The notes: generated by a model not told the origin, from the sequence alone. A stretch of 64,000 nucleotides of DNA from Guillardia theta CCMP2712 (GCF_000315625.1 NW_005434630.1:124001-188000), one strand, 5' to 3'; positions 1 through 11,441 are shown, counted from the stretch's first letter. Translations and numbers: made by a program.

Positions 1-107
1 GCTCAGTGATGAAGAACCGGAACGATGGCACTGAAAGAGTGTCGAAGGAAATTGGATCAAAGTTGACAACAAGATCGTGAGAGAGGAGGAAGAAGAGGGG
101 GAGCAAA

Positions 108-282
108 ATGGATGCTCTGCAAGCCCTGAAGGATAAACGGACAATCATCAAGCAGGAATCTGTCGGCTCAGATGACGACTGGACGCCGGTTAAAGTTGAG
201 AGGGGATCTAGCGAGCAATATGATGATGAAGGTAGTGAAGATGACAACGAGGAGGACGAGGACGAGGTCGAGGTCGAGGAGA

Positions 283-323
<41 letters not shown>

Positions 324-2050
324 AAAGCTCTAGATGGGTTCGCTTCCTTTGGCGTATCCTACAAGAGAGCACGCGTCTCTTCAGCGGGGAAGGCTCCTCC
401 TATCCGCTTGCCAGTGGTGAGGGTGGAGGGCAGGCAGAGCAGGTATTCGCGGCTCAAGGGGGAGCTGCTGCATGTGCATCAGGCGATAGGAGGGATGATG
501 TGCGAGGACTGCGGGACGACATGCAGTAAGCGCTGGAAGTTCGTCGTGCTCAACGGGGGGGACACACCCTCTCCTCTCTGTGCAGCCTGTGCTCTGACGC
601 ACGAGAGGCTGAACAGGGGGAGGAATCCTAGGGCCATAGCGGCTGCGTACAGGAAGAGGAGAGAGCAACTGGTAGAGTCTCGACATTCTTCCTGGGGAAA
701 CCTCGACCTCCTTAAGGCCGACCCTCGACTCATCAGCATCCTCCACCCCCTCAGCCGCGCTCCAGTCCACATGGTGTGCACACCGCTGCCGTTAGAGCTT
801 GCCGTGTGCATGTCCACATGCTGGGAGGGGAGCAAGAAGCAGGAGAGGAGCAGAGAGCTGTCGAGAGGCGGGATAGGCCTGTGTATCATGGACTCTCAGG
901 ACCCGGAGACGATAAACCTCCAGCTCCGGAACCTCTGCCTCCTCCTCCGACACGACCTCCTGACCCGTGACTGGGTCGCGGCTAGCGAGAGTCTCCTGGC
1001 ACTGCTGCTGGAGAAGCGAACGGTCCCCGACGTTGTGTTCAAGGCAGGAGCACAGCTGCTGCGAAGCTCGAAGATGCGAGGAGCGCAGCGGGACAGGCAG
1101 CGCTTTCTCCGCTCGCTGGTGGACCAGGCGACGTTCCCTAGAGCCATGCAGATCCACCTGGAGACTGTGCGGTTCCTAATCGAGAGCGGGCAGCTGGCAG
1201 ATGCGAGGAGAGAGCTGGAAGAGAAGCTGGGAAGTGGGCGACCGTACTCGGAGGACAGCCGCTATCATGCCCTCCTCGGGATCACTTCCATCCTGATCCT
1301 ATCGCACTGCAAGGAGACGATGGAGGAGGAGAGCAGCGGGCCGTCGTCGAGCGATGAGAGGATGAAGAGTTCGGTGTACGAGCTGCCTTGGTCGCCATCT
1401 CAGATTCAGAGGAGGAGGATGAGGAGGAAGGAGGAGGAGGGCGACTCTCTGAACGCCTCGGGGCTCTCCATGTTCATGGGGAGGAGCGACATGAGTTTCA
1501 GCAAGGGAGCGTGCGAGCAAGTCAAGTTGATCACGGAGGGAGTTCTCAAAAAGGTGGTTCCCTCCTGCCCGTGGGAGCTTGAAGAGTGTGTGCGCGTCGG
1601 GCTGGGGGACGAGGGGAGGAGGATGAGGGAGGACGAGCTGTACAGGGAGGCGAAGAAGGAGTTGCAGCGGAGCCTGGCCATATCTCGATCGGAGGCCATC
1701 TCCTCCCTCCTCGTCCTACTCCTCTGTCGTGGAGGAGAGCTGGAGGAGGCAGTGGAAGAGCTCAGCTTGCATCATGCGGCCGATCCGAAGAGCGTCAACG
1801 CCACAAGGAGGATGGCGACGCTGCTGATGATCCTTGGGGAGGACGAGGAAGACTTCCTCTCGCAGGCCTTCACGCAGCCCTCGGGTGCTTCCGCAGGCAG
1901 GAGGGTGGACCCCTCCTCCTTCCCCTTGCATAGGCGGCTTGAGCTCGTTCTTAGCTGGCTCGCGCTTGACCCATGCTCGCGTCCTGCCCTTGGATTCCTG
2001 GAGAAGCTCGTAGACCGGGTAGAGCAGAGACCTTCTTCCCTCCTGCTCCT

Positions 2051-2082
<32 letters not shown>

Positions 2083-2668
2083 TCCTGCTCCTGCTCCAGC
2101 TCCTGCTCCAGCTCCAGCTCCAGCTCCAGCTCCAGCTCCAGCTCCTGCTCCTGCTCCTCATCCTCTCGCTTCTTTGCTCTTGCAGATTCTCCTCTACTTT
2201 GTATCAAATTGTTGCGGCTGCTCTGACTCTGTTGCTCTTCTTCCTGCTGCTTTTTTTCTTCAGGGTGAGGCAGATCGTGTCGATCTCATCTCGAGCTTGG
2301 CGTCAGCACTTGACTACCAGAGGTTGTCCCTCCCTCCCTCCCCCCAAACCTCCGCCTTCTCCTCTCCCTGGCCGACTGCTCCTCCTCCATCTACTTCTTG
2401 TCCTGCTGCTGCTGGTGCTGCTGCTCCTCCTCCTCACTTTCCCTCGACTACTGCTCCTCTTCCTCTTCCTCCTCCTCCTCCGATTCTTTCACTCTTGTCT
2501 CTCCTTGTCAACCTCTTCCTCATCGTGTTGTCAGCTGCCCTGAGCTCGCGGATAAGCTTGCGGAGAGCGTCTCGCTGTTTCTGCGGGGAGATGAAGCAGA
2601 GGAGGCGAGGAAGGGAAGGGAACTCGAGCTCGAGACGGTGAGATCCTCGTGTGCATGCTGCTGGTGAC
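108..2668 (+). CDS. TAF1A/Rrn11-like RNA polymerase I initiation factor subunit with N-terminal acidic tract and GATA-like zinc finger (multi-exon; 3' end uncertain)
   Basis: Long first exon from ATG 108 to about 2018. CEDC-x22-CAAC finger at 501-590. The segment LCLLLRHDLLTRDWVAASESL..VPDVVFKAGAQLL..IHLETVRFLIESGQLADARREL resembles the TAF1A/Rrn11 helical N-terminal region as I recall it. The poly-Leu tail of the ORF is intron read-through. Likely further exons are GEADRVDLISSLASALDYQR (~2264-2322) and CPELADKLAESVSLFLRGDE (~2535-2637). Confidence 0.6.
250..320 (+). repeat. (GAGGAC)n coding repeat encoding Glu-Asp tract
   Basis: Tandem gaggac units, in frame with the 108 ORF. Confidence 0.9.
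2041..2158. repeat. Intronic hexamer microsatellite (CTCCTG)n/(CTCCAG)n
   Basis: Directly visible. It produces the spurious PAPAPA, LQLQLQ and SWSWSW ORFs. Confidence 0.9.
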
Positions 2669-3100
2669 GAGGATGCAGAGGGTGTGGGGAGAGAGGAGGC
2701 GCTGGTGGCCCCGGATGCATGGCGACCAGTTCTGTCGGAGGTTCTGGCAGTAGTGGAGGGGAGGAGGCAGGGATGAACGGGAGGGTTGAGGGATGGGGAG
2801 AGGGGGAGTGGAAGGGAGGGGGAGGACGAGGGGGAGGACGAGGGAAACATGGACGAGGAGGAGGAGGAAAAGAACGAGGAGGGAGGAGGAGGAGGAGAAC
2901 GAGGAGGGAGGAGGAGGAGGAGGAAGTGAAAAAGGAGAAGTTCACTATTGCTACTACCACACGATGTCACGTCTAGATTTTATGTTGAATAATAATCATG
3001 CAACAGCCTTCCTCCTTCCTGCCCACGCCGAGCTGCGCTCTTCTTCCCTCCCTCCCTCCCTCCCTCTCTCTCCTTGATTTCCCCCTCCTCCCTGTCCTCG

Positions 3101-6100
3101 CTATTCATCAATGTCGAACATTCTCGTGGGCTTTCTCCGCTCCCCAGTGTTTCGAAAGCGAACGTCTCTCCCTTCCCCGTCAGCCCCATCTCCTCTAGCC
3201 GTCTCACTGCCAATCCTGTCAGTCTCCGCGTCCCCCTTCCTCCTCCTCCTCCCCCTCCTCCCCCGCCTCATCGACCCTCTCCTGCGCCCTCTCCTCTTGC
3301 TGATGCCCCCCCACATCTCCTCTCCCTCTCCCTCTCCCTCTCCCCCTCCCCCTCCCCCTCCTCCTCCTCCTCTTACTGGTGGCATCTCGTCTGTCTTTTC
3401 CACCTTTCTTTTGTTTCTTGCGGAACTGCCAGTAGAAGACAACGAGCATNNNNNNNNNNNNNNNNNNNNNNNNNNNNNNNNNNNNNNNNNNNNNNNNNNN
3501 NNNNNNNNNNNNNNNNNNNNNNNNNNNNNNNNNNNNNNNNNNNNNNNNNTAGGAAGAGATAGGAGCGGGAGGGGAGGGGGGTGGGAAAGGAAGGGAAAGA
3601 TCGTCTGGACATTCACCGGCTGCCGGATGTTCTCTAGCAACGAGATGTCCCATTCATGAGGAGGAGAATTAAACTCGGCAGATCGCATATCGTACAACCA
3701 CAAGTCCTGCTGATTGTTACCGCCCCAGTGGTCTTCCCTCCCTCCCTCCTCTCCCCTCCTCCTCCTCCTCTCCCCTCCTCTTAGTTCTCTTGGTTTACCT
3801 TCTGTCCTCCCATAACTAGGACGGATGATTCCATTCCTGCTACCTGCTCATGGGATCAGATCCGCCCAATCAAACATCTCCTCCTCTCCTCCTCTCCTCC
3901 TCTCCTCCTCTCCCCTCTCCCCTCTCCCCTCTCCCCTCTCCTCTTCTTCTCGGCTCCTCATCATGCTCCTACTCTTTCCTCTGCTCTTGCTCTTCTTCTC
4001 AGCCCCTGTTCATCCTCCCCTCCTCCCTTCCTTTAATCCTTTCCCTTCCTCCTCCCCTTCTCTTTTGTTTCTCTCTTTCCCTCCTCCTTCCCCCCTTGTC
4101 CTCGCCCCATTCGACTGACCTGAAGGCTGGTTTGCCCGACGCTCTTGAGGGGGATGTACTGGACAAGGGGAGGAAGAGAACGAAAGTTTGCGGGTATACG
4201 TGAGATGTTGTAGCTGAGTACCAGAGTCAAATTGTGAAACTAGTCAAGATGTGCAAGACACAGCAGAAGGGAAGGGTCCGAGGTCGAGCACACGTCAACG
4301 TAAAGAGAGCAGCAGATATTTGCCATGGGGTGCGGGAAATCATAATTTTTTGTGACAAGTGGAGAAGTTATTCAAAGAGATTTCAAACATCACTGTGTCA
4401 TCTTGAAATATCTCACATGCTCAGCGACGTTATGGAACTCCCGCTCGCCGCTGCCGCGAGATAGTCTTTCATCTTCCATCCAAAGGTGAGTTTCAGCAAA
4501 CATGCTGATTTCAGAGATTGATAGAAGAACAACTTGTCGGAAGGCGAAAACGCAAACCATATCACCCACAACACTGATATCAAAAAGGCTAGAAAGAAAG
4601 TTTGCACTGAAGGACATAGAAAGAAATATGAATCAGAGAAGAAACAAAACAAACATCGCAGTCTCAACATATTTGAGGCATCGAACTTGCGAGCAGACTC
4701 AACATTGAAGATACCAGAGCGACGTGCACTGGAACGTGCTTGCCCGATGTCTCATCGACGATGTTGATTTCTTGCAGAATCCTGCATTTCACTTGCGCAG
4801 AGTTGGTCTTGGGATCGAAGTCCCGACGAATCTTGAAACGACAAGATCAACAGCAACAAAGACACGTCGCTCTCATCAAATAATGTCATGAACGTTTCCT
4901 CTTGCTCCCAACTGCTCAGACATACTCAGGAATTTTCTCTACCTGTAAGACTAGAGTCTGCCCAGCCTTGGTTCCAACATACATGAGGTGAAATCGAGAC
5001 CGTTTGATCTCAGCGTCCAGCGCCATCGACGCCACCTGGCGTATCAAAACTCAAAGGTTTGTAAAGCAATGTTTCAAGACAATCATTTGAAGACGAAGTG
5101 TCATATCGCATCTGTTGAGCTTGCAACGCATCTAATCCCTTGCATTCCTCTCTCAATATTCATCCTTCGCAACATTCTCTCTCCTTTCTCATCTATCGAG
5201 CAACACAGCCTTCTACCATGTCAATCTCACATAGAAGAAGAAGACAAGGTTCTGCGTGCTTAGTGACATTGGAACAAATTTAAAATAACCTCGAAGTCAA
5301 CCAATCGCGTTTCCGGTTTCTTCTCTCCTCTCGATTTGCCTTGCTTGTCGATCACAAATTTGACGCATTGGACCTGTTACAAGTGAGGTAAATGACGACC
5401 CCCTGACTTGGGAAACCACAAACATCATCTTTTTCATCAACAAATCATCATCATCATCAGCAGCAGCAGCAGCAGCAACTTCATCTTCACCTGCTGCATT
5501 GACGCCTGTCTGATGTCCATGGCGCTCAGGCCTCCACTCCATCCCGCGAGGATCCAGTGGGTGTCAGGGAGGGCAGCGATATCCTCTATCTTGACATCCA
5601 CCGCAGGCTGCAGGCTCTGATCGATATGTCTAGAGGATACTAAAGATCCATTGAGGAGCATCCAAAACATCCTCCCTGCTGCGTCCCCGGCGACGAGGTT
5701 GAGAGATCGGCCCTTCTGAACGAACTGCATTGAAGTGATCTCCTGCAGGGAACGAGGGTTAGTGTGACGACGAGCAACCCTCCTCCTCCTCACCGCAGGA
5801 GCGGATGTATTAGAGACTTCAAAGCTCCTGTCGCTGATTTTGTCGATCCTCTGAGTTCGAGTGGGAAAGAAATCGTGAACGTGGGACAGGACTGGCTTCC
5901 AGCCGTTCCTGCCAATCTTTCGCGCCTGCTTCAACGCGATCCTCGACGACGCAGGACTGATCTCAAACTTGGGAGGAACAGGAAAGGAATGTACACGTAC
6001 TTCGCCATGCTTGCTCCCGGTCGCAATGTAGCAGACGTTCCCTAGAGGAGGAGAGACTGCCAGTGACGTGACGCTCGAGGCATGTCCACAGGGCCAGGAG

Positions 6101-6605
6101 GACAGTACGTGAGCAGCGTTGTCAAGAACATGCAGGAAGCCCTTGGAGTCAACAGCAACCATCAACCTCGTTATTGCTGAATGCGCGTCCATGGTGAAGA
6201 AGGGAAGCCACCGCAACATGGTTGCCTTGCCCTTCAGCTTCAGCTGCGTCTGCATGGTGAGTTTGAGACCATCCTCGTAGGGATCATCGGCGAATCCTCC
6301 AAGGCGGTTCTGTCAGGATGGGGGGGGGGGACAGGGTCAAGTGAAAGCATAGCAATGCAGCAGCGTTCTACCTTATACTTCCTGTCCTGCCTCCGAGCGT
6401 CGCTCTTGCACTCACGATCATCAGGACTGCATTGAGGGACTTGGTCCTTCAACATCTGAACAAGCTTCTCCTGCGCAGCCAGCTCTTCCTGCAGCTCCTT
6501 AAGCTTCTCCCTCGCCTCTACGATCCTGCTGTCATTGCCCCGCGCTCGTACCATGAACATGGTCAAGACGCTGAGGATCAGCAGGAGAGACACTGAACGA
6601 CTCAT
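3101..6605 (-). CDS. Signal peptide + coiled coil + WD40-like beta-propeller + C-terminal TM protein (resembles plant At1g75140-type membrane protein); multi-exon, spans the gap
   Basis: Signal peptide MSRSVSLLLILSVLTMFMVRARG and coiled coil EAREKLKELQEELAAQEKLVQ. Propeller-like blades MVAVDSKGFLHVLD, GHASSVTSLAVSP..IATGSKHGEVRVH, LVAGDAAGRMFW, VLVMGG and DLWLYDMRS. TM end plus basic stop-transfer MLVVFYWQFRKKQKK at ~3380-3448. Joining the exons into one gene is inference. Confidence 0.55.
3450..3549. other. Assembly gap (100 N)
   Basis: Run of n between purine-rich and pyrimidine-rich low-complexity flanks. Confidence 0.99.
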
Positions 6606-6994
6606 CGTCCCTTCCACTCTCGTGTGTCTCCTCCTCCTCTCCTCCTCCTCTTCCTCTCTCGCGCCCTTCCCTTCTGCGTTTTCGCTTCCGCTACCCTCTG
6701 TTTTCGCCTTGGGAATGCTAGGGACCTCGTACCTCTATCTCCCCGACCTACTTCTAATCCATTAATACCTGACTTATGAAATATCCTACCTTAAACCCCC
6801 AACTCACTGCACTCGAAAGGTGAGTCACTGTAGGACGAAAATGCAGAATTCGTAGGAGGAGCGAAAGTAGAGGCGACATTTGGAAAGAGGAAGCGATCTA
6901 GCAGCAGGCTGAAGGGAGCAGGAGACTGAAGGAGGGAGAAGAGGAAGACTAGGAGCTGAAGGCTAAGAAGGAGAGTTTTAGAGGCGTTTCCCCT

Positions 6995-8851
6995 TTACTG
7001 TTGATGACACCATTCTCTTGTAGCTCCTCTGCTGCTTCGCCGCTCGAATCTTTCACCTCCATCTTCCTCTTCTTCACTCGAGTCGTCCTCTTCCTCCTTC
7101 CTTTCTTGCTGGCTGTCTCCATCCGCTTTCTTCTCGGCACCTGCCTCCATCCTCTTCTTCTTCTCCTCTTGCGCGTGCAACTCTGCATGCAGGGTTTCGA
7201 GTTCTTTCTCAAAATCATTCAGTTCGTCGGGCTCCTCAACAGCCCTGCTGGCACTCGTTGCGACGGGCGAGCCAGCGCTCGAGCTTCCGTCGGAATGCTT
7301 CGAGTCCTCCTCGTTGAAGTACCTGGGAGCAGCATCGTACTGCAAGGGCGACCTTCTCTCTGGACTCCTTGACTGTGAGGAAGCCCTCCGCACCCTTGCC
7401 TGCACTTCAACGTCAGAGGAAGGGAGCAGCACCATGCCTAACCACCTTTCCAACATGCGCTAGTCTTCGCATCAAAGGAGGAAACTCGCCCATGATCTCT
7501 TCGAAGTCTACTCTCATCAGTTGAAACAATTCTGCTGGCTCCGTGGAACATTTTCCAGTTGCATCCTGCCCCAACGAGACTACATCTGCAGTCCGCAACT
7601 CCGCAACTGTCAGCGCAACCTCCCCGAAGAAATCGCCTGAAAATATAGTGAGGAGCAAGAGTGAACAGGAGAAGGATTAGAGGGGGTCAAGAATTCGTCC
7701 GAGGGACACCAACAAGTTGCAAGACACAATCCAAGAGCAATTCTAGAGCAACAAAGTCATGAATTACCTGTAGTTAATCTATCCACACGCTCCCCGTCCA
7801 CAAGAATTTCCATCGCTCCCGAGTTGATAAAGTACATGCTGTCCCCTTGGTCGCCGGCATTGATTAAAGCCTCACCCTTTGCCACCCTCACCAGCCGCAA
7901 CTTCCTCGTGATTTTCTCCAACAGCATTGGATCGATGTTGGCAAACAGTGGCAATTTCCTGATCAACAAGAACGCACGATGCGAAGCATGGAGGTTTCCT
8001 GGCCCCGACCCCTCCGACTCTTCAGGTGCCTCGACAATCCATGGATGCTGCTGACATTGACGAGCCGAAAATCTCTGAGATGGATCGACGACCAGCATCT
8101 TCGATATCAAATCTTTGGCATCTGGAGATACTCCGTCCCAATACGGAGAGGGAAAATCATACTGACCTTGGCAAATCTGTTCGAATAAGACAGAAGTCTT
8201 TTGATCAAAGAACGGAGGAAATCCACATAGCATTACGTACATCACAATACCCACTGACCAGATGTCAACCTCTGGTCCATAATAGATGGATTTGCGCTTG
8301 GGATCAATGATCTCCGGTGCCACATAGGTCGGTGTACCACATAGTGTCTTCATGCTTGATTGTTCGGTAGTGATGGAGGATAGTCCAAAGTCTGCAAGCT
8401 TGATTGTATAGTAGTCTGGTGATTCAGGATTGCTAGATGCGTACAATAGATTCTCAGGTTTGATGTCTCTATGGGCAATTGCTATGCTGTGCAGGTATGC
8501 TACAGCACTCAAAACATCAGATATCATCACGATGGCATCCCTTTCCTGGAAATGATCCATCTCAATGATCCTATCCATGACTGTGCCACCAGTCATCAGA
8601 TCCAAGATCAAGTACGTCTTGCTTCTCTCGTGATAGACTCCGTGCAGCCTGACGATGTTGGGATGCGAGACCTTGAGCATGGCGTTGATCTCCTTCTCCA
8701 ATGCCGCGGGCTTGAAAAGAGAAGATCGTTTGTCAATGATCTTGACGGCACAGGTCATTCCTGTGATCTTGTCCTTGGCCTGTTTCACAGTTGCATACGA
8801 CCCCTTCCCGATCGTCTTCCCCAAGACCAGGTGCCGCGGCGGTCTCTGCAT
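6995..8851 (-). CDS. CaMK1-like Ser/Thr kinase fused to C-terminal cyclic-nucleotide-binding domain and acidic/coiled tail
   Basis: Kinase motifs GKGSYATVK, AVKIIDK, HRDIKPENLL, DFG, TLCGTPTYVAPE, DIWSVG and LCGFPPF. CNB domain LPLF..GDQGDSMYFINSG..G|DFFGEVAL..RTADVVS. Introns at 7637-7767 (GTAATT..TTCAG) and ~7401-7445. Confidence 0.9.
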
Positions 8852-9360
8852 CGCGCAACACGGCCTGAGTAAAGACAACCACCCCTACCCCTCGCTTGCG
8901 ACCAGTCACCCGCTGTCGTAACCCCCCTTCTTCTGCGAATCACATAACCACCCCTCCCTCCGAGTGTGTTAAACCTGGTGTTACACGAACCTCAACCACA
9001 GAAAAAGGTACCCCACCCCTAGCTCGAACGCGCATTGCCTCCAACACCCCATGAACTCACCAGGGGGTGGTCCTATCTGTTTGTATCTCCATGAGGTGGT
9101 AGGGGTCAATTCCTCTGGATACCAACAGGGTAGGGTGGTGAGATGGATTGCTGACCTTCGGCTGACATAAAAAGACTTCTATGATGGAAGAAGTCTAAAA
9201 ATGTTATCCTTTCAAGAATTATTTATAATATATATTTTTCAAAAGTTGTACTCTGGAGGCTCCGGAGCTGTCAGCGGAGATCAAAATCCACAAGATCACG
9301 ACTTCTCGCACCCAATACCATCACAACCTCGTGATAACAACATTTTATAGAATGGCTTGT

Positions 9361-9371
9361 AAAACTAAAAA
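9361..9371 (-). terminator. Pol III oligo-T terminator of tRNA-Arg
   Basis: TTTTTAGTTTT on the minus strand about 8 nt after the discriminator base. Confidence 0.7.
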
Positions 9372-9378
9372 GTGAAGA

Positions 9379-9451
9379 CACCTGACCTGGGACTTGAACC
9401 CAGAACCTTTGGATTAGAAGTCCAACGCGCTGTCCATTGCGCCAGCCAAGC
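9379..9451 (-). tRNA. tRNA-Arg (anticodon TCT), intronless
   Basis: Reverse complement folds as GCTTGGC TG GCGC AATGGACA GCGC G TTGGA CTTCTAA TCCAA AGGTT CTGGG TTCAAGT CCCAG GTCAGGT G, a full cloverleaf with A and B boxes. Confidence 0.95.
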
Positions 9452-9944
9452 TCCCCTCACCACCCGCACGTGCCATCAGATATGATATACCAACAAGCCT
9501 CTTCCAAGCCCTGCGGCCACGGCCGGCGGCGCTGTGCATGCCAGATAGTTGAACCGCCGGCCCGACTCACCAGGCTGGCCTACCGTACCGTCAGTACCGT
9601 ACTCGGCTGAGATCCAATTGCTTGCTTGCCGCCTTATACGGTAACGTTGAACCTCGGAACTTCAGTTAAGTTCCGAGTTCCGCGGCGGCCGCCGCGACTG
9701 CAGGAGCGGCGGGCGGCCGCATACGCCCGGCCGGGTCCGCCGCGATAATCGGACAGGCTCACTGCCACTGCCGATTCATCCGAGGTGACTGGCCGCTGGC
9801 CGTCTTGCCAAGCCTTGAAGGAAGCTTGAAGTTGTTCAACTTCAGTTGGCAACGATTCGTGATCGGACGGAAGTGAACGCTCAGTTCACACTTTGAACGA
9901 CAGATCGAATCTAAGCAAGCCTTTCAAGTTCTTGCCCACTTGTT

Positions 9945-10100
9945 TCTCGATTTCAACGTTCTGGCACCGGGCCGCAGCCTGTGGTAGGATGCAAGGACAT
10001 TGGAAAAGCATTCGGTAAGCTCTGTGCTGCATTTGGTAAGCATTCGGTAAGCTCTGTACTTGAGAGTCTCGATTTCAACGTTCTGGCACCGGGCCGCAGC
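9945..10100. repeat. 34-bp exact direct repeat (9945-9978 / 10067-10100) enclosing a 20-bp repeat pair
   Basis: TCTCGATTTCAACGTTCTGGCACCGGGCCGCAGC occurs twice. AAGCATTCGGTAAGCTCTGT occurs at ~10006 and ~10038. Confidence 0.9.
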
Positions 10101-10209
10101 ACGGTACCCGTAGTACCTTGTCGGACCGTGCTGCTACGGTCCCACGGCGGTCACGTTCAGTGTCGGAGTTTCAGTACCATTGTCTGTACGGCGCCGTTCA
10201 AGTCTGTTT

Positions 10210-10434
10210 GATGAGACTGAACCACCACCTTTGCCTTTAATTCAACGAGATGGACAGTATTTTGAAGTCGATCGCGTTTTGGCTCGTCGTGGAAAAGGTA
10301 ATCGTGTGCAGTACTTGGTTCGTTGGGAAGGGTATGACAAGTCGTCGGATGATTCTTGGTTATCTACACGCGAATTTCGGACTCCAGAGTTGAGGAAAAT
10401 GATTCGTGATTTCAATCTTGTGAATGCTCCTTGA
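10210..10434 (+). pseudogene. Chromodomain fragment (retrotransposon integrase-type)
   Basis: Aromatic-cage pattern YFEVDRVL..YLVRWEGY..DSW, lacking an upstream coding frame. Confidence 0.8.
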
Positions 10435-11441
10435 TTATTGGCGTTTGCAGCGAAGTTGGAGCTGAGAAGTGTGTTCTCATCTATCAGCGCTAGGGAGCGA
10501 AACGCTAGGATTTGTTTACTGGTTTTCGTTTTTCTTAAGTACGGTAGATGTCCTAGGCAGTCTCGTTTCTTAGGAAATTAGATTTCTTTCTTTCCTTTAT
10601 TTTTAACGCCAAGTTCGAGTAAAGTACCGTTGGACTGTGTATTGTTTTTGCACACTTGCTCTTTGATTTCTTGACCGTACGGGATCACATCGTGTGACAA
10701 CACTGGATCGAGAGATACTTGTAGGAAGTTTTCCTAACACTCTCCCCTCTCCCTCTCTCTCCTGACTCTGCCGCTGCTCTCTCCTCCCGCCCTCCCCATG
10801 ATGTTTACGCTGTTCAGTTGTCCGGCACTCTAAGTCCTCCTCTGAGATCGCTCCCAGCTGCTGACCTCGACTGGCTCCGACCTCGATGCTACCCGCTCGG
10901 CCCGGCGACCTCTCCTCGGCTCTACCCTCCTCTTCCTGCTGCTCCGCTTTCTCCCCTCCGCTGGGCCGCCCCGACCATGACCGTCACTGGCAGTGCCATT
11001 GCCAACTCCCTCTCCCTCCGATGCCTCTCAGCTCCCCGGGCCCTCCTGTCGATCGACTCGATCACGTCTCCCTTCTGGATGCTTCCCTCCCGAGTCCCTT
11101 GCCGCCGCGCCGCGCCGGCCCCGGCGGCCCCGGGCGGCCTCCTCTTAGGATCAGACTGTGTAAGACCTGCCCCCTCCACTACGGTCAGTCTCTCCCCGTA
11201 GAGTCTGCCACCGCCCGACGTCACCGGTGAGTCAGAGTGAAGCTGAAGTATTGATCCCTCAGTCGGGGCTGGGGATGAGCCTTGTCAGCTCCGGCGCGGC
11301 CGGCCCGGCGGCAAGCTGACTGAGTCGGAGCCGTCACACTGAGTCTAGTAAAAAATAGCGGAAATTTTCAAAAAAGAATAACTACTGTAAAACTACAACC
11401 GGTTACTCAAAGTTAAGTAAAATCAGATCGAGGTGCATGGC

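Larger units (their letters stand above)
9510..11340 (+). mobile_element. Degenerate retroelement remnant with chromodomain (chromovirus/Ty3-gypsy-like integrase C-terminus) embedded in GC-rich hairpin-rich repeat DNA
   Basis: ORF fragment ETEPPPLPLI..QYFEVDRVLARRGKGNRVQYLVRWEGYDKSSDDSWL (10210-10434) is a proline linker plus chromodomain with no ATG. Internal direct and inverted repeats are present. TGTGAC (10693) and GTCACA (11338) form a candidate LTR-type terminal inverted repeat. Boundaries are uncertain. Confidence 0.55.

Noticed and set aside
1973-2641. Pro-Ala-repeat (extensin-like) and poly-Leu TM-like ORFs
   Set aside because: These are translations of intronic hexamer microsatellites, which are open in nearly every frame.
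3798-3875. Second in-frame TGA (possible Sec)
   Set aside because: The TGA lies in an intron just before a CAG acceptor, and there is no redox motif.
9945-10100. 34-bp repeat pair as a mini CRISPR array
   Set aside because: Only two copies, an 88-bp spacer with internal repeats, a eukaryotic context and no cas genes.
10693-11338. Confirmed LTR or solo LTR
   Set aside because: TGTGAC..GTCACA termini are present, but there is no polypurine tract, recognisable PBS, target-site duplication or second copy. Kept only as a candidate.
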